From NCBI GenBank assembly GCA_951406725.2, contig OX597822.1:106950001-107014000 (forward strand): DNA of 64,000 nt. Direction: 5' to 3'. This document shows, piece after piece, positions 56,479 through 64,000 of the stretch. Within the stretch, counting starts at the first letter, position 1. Each line of letters starts with the position of its first letter. The translations under genes and the position numbers were made by a program. The notes beneath the pieces were generated by a model that saw only the letters and a list, made by a program, of their open reading frames with translations, did not search any database and had not been told where the DNA came from. This stretch comes from Octopus vulgaris (lineage: Eukaryota).

Positions 56479-57048
56479 GGCTATTTTTTTCTCCCACCAA
56501 GTGATTTTCCAGTCATCCTTTCACTTCCACTTCCTCTTCTTTCTTTATGTTGTCATTAACACAGTCAAAACCACACGCAAACTCTCTCCCACCTTCACTC
56601 ACAACACAACCATCACTCACTCAATTACTCAATCACTCAACCTACCACCAAGCAACACTCTCTATACTCACTCCAACCAACCAACTCGCAGACACACTTC
56701 TCCTTGTTTCCTCACATCACCCACACACTGTTCTCCGCATTCACTCTCAAATGCATACAAACTTTGCCAGCGGTCATGCGTCTAACATTAATGATATTTG
56801 TTGTTGTTATTATTGTTATTATTATTATTATTAATTTTGTTGTTGTTGCTGTTGCTGTTGATATTTCGCATACTTGTGGAGCAAAAAAAATAACAAAACA
56901 AAACAAAACAACACAAAAAAATTCATGAACACAAAAAAACTTAGAGAAAGTATTATGCTTGATGTGTTTTTAGTCTTCTAAGCATAAAGTATTGTTTTCC
57001 TGGAATTGACGATCTAATCAATTTTAAAAGTTTAAATGTTGAAAGCAA

Positions 57049-57087
<39 letters not shown>

Positions 57088-57096
57088 CAAATACAT

Positions 57097-57134
<38 letters not shown>

Positions 57135-57391
57135 AATACATACAATATATATATATATATAAAATATTATTTATATATATATATATATATATACATATAT
57201 ATACATATACATATATATACACACATATATTCAAATATATATACATATATATATATACATATGTAAATAATACACACACACACATATATATATACACATA
57301 TATATATATATATACATATATACATATATATATGTATACATGTATATATATGTCCATAGATATATATATATACATATATATAATGCATATA

Positions 57392-57439
<48 letters not shown>

Positions 57440-57823
57440 CAATAGCTATATTTACATATATGCCTATACAATCGTGATACCCGAATAATACATACTCACA
57501 TTACAACTTATAGTGCCGCAGTCAATGATTTTTCTCTTGATATATAGATTATCTGAAATAATTCCTGAGTCGTCAATTTTCGGGAATAACGAGTTGATGA
57601 CACAGTTTGAAGTAAATGTGATGGGGAGAAAGTTGATACAAATTGTGCATTGGTGAACTGGTTTCATGCATTCATGCATTGAGCAAATGTGATGGAAATT
57701 AAGTTGAGTACTACTAACTTTGTATAGAAGGGTTACTCAACCTGCAAGTGCTATTTGACAGTTTGAACTGCTTATGTTAATAAAACAGTTATATCAGCTT
57801 TATATTTGCACACACACGCACAT

Positions 57824-57864
<41 letters not shown>

Positions 57865-58022
57865 AAAAAATCTATCAGAAAGGAACTCTATCTCTCTTTA
57901 AAAAATATCTTTTGATAAGCATAACAAATGTGCAACCGGTAAAAAGAACTCTCACCTAATTAAATTACTTAAATTACTTAAATTATTTTGTCAGTAATTT
58001 CTTCATTTCCTTTTTTTATATA

Positions 58023-58076
<54 letters not shown>

Positions 58077-58499
58077 GGTACTAGGCGTTGAATATGATCT
58101 GTCTGATACTGTTTTGAATTGGATAGGTATGTTCAATTCTTCCAGTGCTCTCAAATTCAATATCGTGGAATCCTGTGCTGAAGAGGAAAACTTTTGGGTG
58201 AAGTATGATTCTTACATTCTTCATACCGACCTAATTCCGAATCGTGTCCACAGGTAATCAAATACTGAATGAATTTCGTTATTTTTCCTCTCTGTCTGCG
58301 TGGGTTTTTTCGAGTATTTTGTTTTGTCCGGGAGCCTCTTCTTATAGTAGAAGAAATAGCTAAGGTTCTTTAGCTGCTATTTCTAAACTTAGGTACGTGG
58401 TAAAGCAAATCTTTGCTGAACCCTAATTATAATTATTCCCGTAATTATAAAATATTGTTTAAGTTTACCGAAAAATGGTACTTTTTCATGCCGAATTCT

Positions 58500-58720
58500 A
58501 TACATATGGGTGTGTCTTTGTGTCTGCATTTGTCCCTCCCCACCATATCTTGATAACCGATGTTGGTATGTTTACGTCTCCGTAAGATAGAGGTTCAGCA
58601 AAAGAGCTCGATAGAAAAACTACTGGGTTTACGAAGAATAAGTCCTGGGATCGATTTCTTCGACTAAAAACACGGCCACAGTCACATGACTGAAACAAGT
58701 AAATGAATAAAAGAATAAAA
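58500..58720 (+). mobile_element. Partial S1 SINE (3' half)
   Basis: ttgataaccgatgttggtatgtttacgtc...cagtcacatgactgaaacaagtaaa. Confidence 0.75.
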
Positions 58721-58849
58721 GGATATATATGTAGTTATATGTGTGCGAGCGTGTGTGTTTGTACTCAGATAAGTTTCGGCCAGAATTCATCCAGGCCATA
58801 ACTAACTTAATAGCATCACCTGGAAAAGACATTTAACGATCTTTCATAT

Positions 58850-59505
58850 TACAGCCATTCTTTGGGTACCATAGCCCAATTCCAGTAAAAAAGTTATTGC
58901 TTCAATATCTAGAACTCCGAATGTATGAACGAGCTAAAACAAAGTATCGTAGCAACTTTCAAAATTATCTGGTGAAAAATAGGAAGCAATGCTTAGATGA
59001 CTGCCTTATTCTGTGGACATACAACCTAGATGAAGTGAATAATTTCAGATTGCTACAGAATAGTATCAATAACAGTATTTAGTTGTTCATGGAATTTAAT
59101 CATAACCTTCTTCCCTTCTTAGACATTTTGATTATTCAGAATGATACTCATCGAAACCGACATCTACTACACAGCAACGAACTCTAAACAGAACCTACTA
59201 TTTACTTCATGCCACCCAAAACATATCATATCCAACATTATATTTAATCTAGCTATGAGAATCTGCACAGTTTTCTCCAATCCGGATACTCTTACTCTTT
59301 TACTCTTTTACTTGTTTCAGTCATTTGACTGCAGCCATGCTGGAGCACCACCTTTAGTCGAGCAACTCGACCCCGGGACTTATTCTTCGTAAGCCCAGTA
59401 CTTATTCTATCGGTCTATTTTGCCGAACCGCTAAGTGATGGGGACGTAAACACACCAGCATCGGTTGTCAAGCAATACTAGGGGAACAAACAGAGACACA
59501 CAAAC

Positions 59506-59580
<75 letters not shown>

Positions 59581-60460
59581 TACGACAGGCTTCTTTCAGT
59601 TTCCGTCTACGAAATCCACTCACAAGACATTGGTCGGCCCGGGGCTATAGCAGAAGACACTTTCCCAAGATGCCACGCAGTGGGACTGAACCCGGAACCA
59701 TGTGGTTGGTTAGCAAGCTACTTACCACACAGCCACTCCGATGTTCAGAATTAAAAGAAAAACTCCTTGAATTAAAACAGGCGCTTCTGCTTTAGTAGAG
59801 AATAGAATAGAACGTGGCGAAACAATAAACTTTGGTAAGCGGAAAACAATTCAGATACACTCAAAACTCTTTATACTACACACAACCAAAGAAACATAGA
59901 AACACTCAACATTATCGATCAGAACGTACGGTTATCGAGCCCAGACCTAAGAATGAAAAAGGCACTTGAATCATACAAAATATTCAAATCAAAAGGCAAC
60001 CAAAGTCCCCCCAAAATTTAATCACCATCGTTAAGCTATCAACAATGGACTCAATTTCAACAGTTAAAAAGTGTAGCCGATCCAACTGTGGAACTTGTGA
60101 AAACCTTGTAGAGGATACAACTTATAAATTTAAACCAGGGAAAGTTTTTACTGCGAAAAAACATTTTACTTGTTCTTCACAAAAGTTAGTATATGCTATC
60201 AAATGTAATGGATGCAGGGAAGACTACATTGGACAAACTAAACTTTCTTCAAGAATGATATTAAATATTCATCTTCAAAAAATACGGGATCTCAAAATAA
60301 ATTCCATATAGTAAACATCTTGTAACATTCACGAAAACCAAATTCCCTAAATTACATGTCTTCCCATTCTACCAATGTCTAGACGATACTCCAGAACAAG
60401 CAAAGACTAATAAGGAAAGTTCATTTATTGAAAAATACAAATGACTGTTGGACAGGTTAT
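58850..60460 (+). mobile_element. Decayed Penelope-like retroelement (RT + GIY-YIG), interrupted by an S1 SINE
   Basis: Fragments CLDDCLILW (YxDD-like), LPFLDI, ETDIYY..TNSKQNLLFTSCHPKH..NIIFNLAMRIC, and KCSRSNCGTC...HFTCSSQKLVYAIKCNGCREDYIGQT. Confidence 0.85.
59288..59738 (-). mobile_element. S1 SINE nested in the Penelope-like element
   Basis: Reverse complement of S1. Confidence 0.9.
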
Positions 60461-61162
60461 AAAGAACATCAGTAGTACGCGACTCAAATTTTCTTATGAA
60501 TGAATTATTGAAGAATTTCTTCTTCGGCTCGTTTTTTAGAAAACCGTAAATTCATGTAGCAGCTAATATCTATCTTATTTAATCCACAATCCAACATCTT
60601 ACTTGCCCTACAGGTTGTTAATAAAGAAGGGATATGTTTTAAAGTGTTCAATGGGAAGGACTAACATTAATTGATAACATTATTCTTCGATAAAATAGTA
60701 AACAATAATAATCTATTACACATTTATGTAATAAATTATTACATCACTTATTCATATATCTCTTTCCAAACTGTCATATGACATTTTAAATGAAGAAAAC
60801 CTGTGATGTGACCTTCTCACACAATTGTCACATGAGCGAAATACATGAATGTTGACCAATCAATATGTACGTTAACGGATAATGCTTTGAGCCACTTACT
60901 TATTTTCAAAACAAACTATTTTGATATCAAAAGCCAGAAGAGACATAATTCGCAACACAGCTCCATACGCTATACTCCTTTGAAAACCTGGTGTAACGGT
61001 CATTGTGTATTCATATATTTTAAAATATAATTAACTTCTAATTAATTCTGATATACTGTCTTTGCATTTTCAACTTCATTTCCAATTTATATACGTATAT
61101 ATGTGTGTGTGTGTGAATATAGATAGATATATGCATATGTACATACGTATATGTATGTAGAC

Positions 61163-61219
<57 letters not shown>

Positions 61220-61458
61220 TATATACACATATATAAATACATATATATGTTTATGTATATTAACTTCTGCAAGGAAACACCTGACAGGGACTTTCAGTTT
61301 TTCATTTATAAAAGATAAATAGGTACTCTACTGATTAGTAGAGTACATAAGTGATCTTTCCGCTTAATTTCTTATATATATAAATTCAAATAAAAACAAT
61401 CTATCGATATATCTACAAATATCATGCAATACCTATACATATACCTATATATACATAC

Positions 61459-61536
<78 letters not shown>

Positions 61537-61540
<4 letters not shown>

Positions 61541-61741
61541 ATAGTTTACAAAAAAGACGGAAGACGAAGACAGGTGGTGTACAAAACACACAGATGTATA
61601 AGTATAACGCTCATGAATAGAAAAAGTCTTTTACATTTTGAGCCTACGCTCTTCTACAGAAAGGGACACAGAAAAAAAACAAGGTGAGAAACAAGGAGAG
61701 TAAAAAAATGTTTGTAGTGGCTAACGATCTATCATGGCGAA
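61537..61741 (-). mobile_element. Family B short element, decayed hammerhead motif (61628-61663)
   Basis: Reverse complement of 15068-15260; CTGTAGA retained, GAAACGTA changed to AAAATGTA. Confidence 0.75.
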
Positions 61742-61744
61742 TAT

Positions 61745-61775
<31 letters not shown>

Positions 61776-62333
61776 CACATACACATATATATATATGTAT
61801 ATACATACGCTACATAACATGCGAAATGTGCATATATGTGTGTTTATATGTAAGTATGTATGTGAGCGTGTACGTTTCATGTTTAAGAGGTTGTGTGTCT
61901 ATATATGCATACATGCACATACTGAGACACGTGCAAACAACCCTACACGTATACATGTATATGTACACGCGTACATATCAAATGAGAAATATCGCAATAT
62001 ACATTATTGGTATGGCGGAATATTGTTCATTTTCGCCATTTACGATCTGACAAAGTTTTCTCCCTTTATGAAAGATGAGTTCGCGCCACCAACACAACCA
62101 ATTGATTCCTTCCATAGCAACTATTGACTTTGATGTCGGCTGTTTACTAAATAATAGAGTATCAATAAAAGTTCACCAATGTCGGTCACCTGGTGGCTTT
62201 CATTGAAATTGTGCTAACAGTGAACAGTAGGAGAAGAAGAGGAAATGGAAACCATCATCATACTAATACACACACATACATACACGCGTACATATATATA
62301 TATATACATACATACATTCATACATACATACAT

Positions 62334-62371
<38 letters not shown>

Positions 62372-62376
<5 letters not shown>

Positions 62377-62560
62377 TAATCCAAACGGGAAACAAAAAAA
62401 CAACAACAAGGGAACAATTACAGTATTATTATTAATAGGCGCTCAGGAAATGGAAGCAGGGAGGTATGACGTTTCGAGCGGAGCTCTTCGTCGGAAACAT
62501 AAAGAAGGAAGAGAGAGGAAAGAAAGATCCCGGAGCGGGCAACGGAGATAGAGAATGTAT
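62372..62560 (-). mobile_element. Family A short element with hammerhead motif (62464-62498)
   Basis: Minus strand: gttt CCGACGA a GAGC tcc GCTC GAAAC GTC atac; (TA)n on both sides. Confidence 0.75.
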
Positions 62561-62875
62561 GTATATATATATATATATATATATACGCACATAAACATCC
62601 AGTCATCTTACCGTCCATCGATACGTATACACACACATACACACAACACACAAACGACATTCACAGACAATTATATAAGTAAGCACACACCCACGTGTAT
62701 GTATATGTGTTCGTGTGTCTATAAACGTAAGTATATATGTATGTATCTATGAATGTATGTATGTGCGTATGTATGCTTATTGAAAACATAACAAGGCATT
62801 CCGAGACTAGAATGGATTTTGCTAGTGCTGCGTAAACTAATATTAGGAAGTTTTATATTGTTTGTGGAATTTATG

Positions 62876-62968
<93 letters not shown>

Positions 62969-63439
62969 TACTATCTTGACTTTTTCCATATATATATACA
63001 TATACATGGTTAAACTGAAATTTTTTATTTACACACACACACACACACATACACACGCGCACACATCACACACACACATATGCGCATATATAATCTTATA
63101 CTGACATATACACACCCATATTTATCGTCAGACTGAAGCAAATTGAGTGTGGAATATACAATTGTTTTATTAAAGTTTCAGCTTTTATTAACTTTGAAAT
63201 ATCATTTGAGTAAAATCATAAATATGATCACTTCCTACATCGTATTCTTCGGTGAGACTTTCATGGAAACTCCAGATACTGTATTAGTACTACTATCATA
63301 ATCAATATGGCCCGGGTTTACACAAGACGTCTTCCGGTTAACGTGAATTTTATTTGATAGCATTAGTATTACAATTTGGTAAACAAATGTAGTGAAAATT
63401 AAATTATTTATCATTACTATTATTAGTATTGGGCAAAAT

Positions 63440-63610
63440 GACTAGTGTTGTTTCGCCCGTCTTTTCGTTCTGATTTCAAATACCACCGAGGTCAACTTTG
63501 CTTTTCATCCTTTTGGGGTCGATAGATTAAGTACCAGTGAAACACTGGGGTCGATGAAATCGATTATTCCCTCACCCCAACTTTCAGGTCTTGCGCCTAA
63601 AGTAGAAAGG

Positions 63611-63690
<80 letters not shown>
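63440..63690 (+). mobile_element. S2 SINE with long (TTA)n tail
   Basis: ...catccttttggggtcgatagattaagtacc...agtagaaaggattattatt. Confidence 0.85.
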
Positions 63691-63694
<4 letters not shown>

Positions 63695-64000
63695 TAGTAA
63701 ATTTTTTTATTTCGTGCTTTCATTTCACTACCGAGCGCAGCTCTGTGTGCCTTGGGTATGTGCTGTGATTTTTTGTGATGCTCTGATGGTTATTGTATTG
63801 AAAGTTTTCTGCGTAGGATGTGTGCAGTGCCTAGTAGTGCAATTTTCTGTATGTTATATGTGTTTGTAAGTCCTGGTGTTTTTGTTATGTATTTGTCTCA
63901 ATATTTTTTATCATGCCTAATGCACCTATTATGATAGGAATTGTTTCTGCTTTTAGATTCCACATTCTGGTTACCTCTATTTCCAGGTCTTTGTATTTTG
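63691..64000 (-). mobile_element. 3' end of an R4/Dong-like non-LTR retrotransposon abutting (TAA)n
   Basis: Minus strand: KYKDLEIEVTRMWNLKAETIPIIIGALGMIK...IQKIALLGTAHILRRKLSIQ*, then a short 3' UTR running into the TAA tract. Confidence 0.8.

Overview
AT-rich, microsatellite-dense animal genomic DNA. The SINE repertoire and the mollusc-type receptor exon suggest a cephalopod, probably Octopus (inference). Only one convincing coding exon was found: a 224-bp internal exon (9934-10157, minus strand) of a Cys-loop GABA-A receptor beta/LCCH3-like subunit. The rest is probably intron. It is filled with tRNA-derived SINEs (at least five types), non-autonomous Helitrons, MITEs, decayed LINE (CR1/L2-like, R4/Dong-like) and Penelope-like fragments, and simple repeats. 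Nearly all ORFs in the supplied track are microsatellite or TE artefacts. The most interesting signal is about ten minimal type-I hammerhead-ribozyme motifs from several unrelated short elements lodged in (TA)n tracts, some with fixed non-canonical cores. Two fold-back palindromes are fused at a hammerhead core. Minimal hammerheads in Penelope-like elements are a known class; the diversity and arrangement here merit testing. All coordinates were read by eye, and TE boundaries are approximate.
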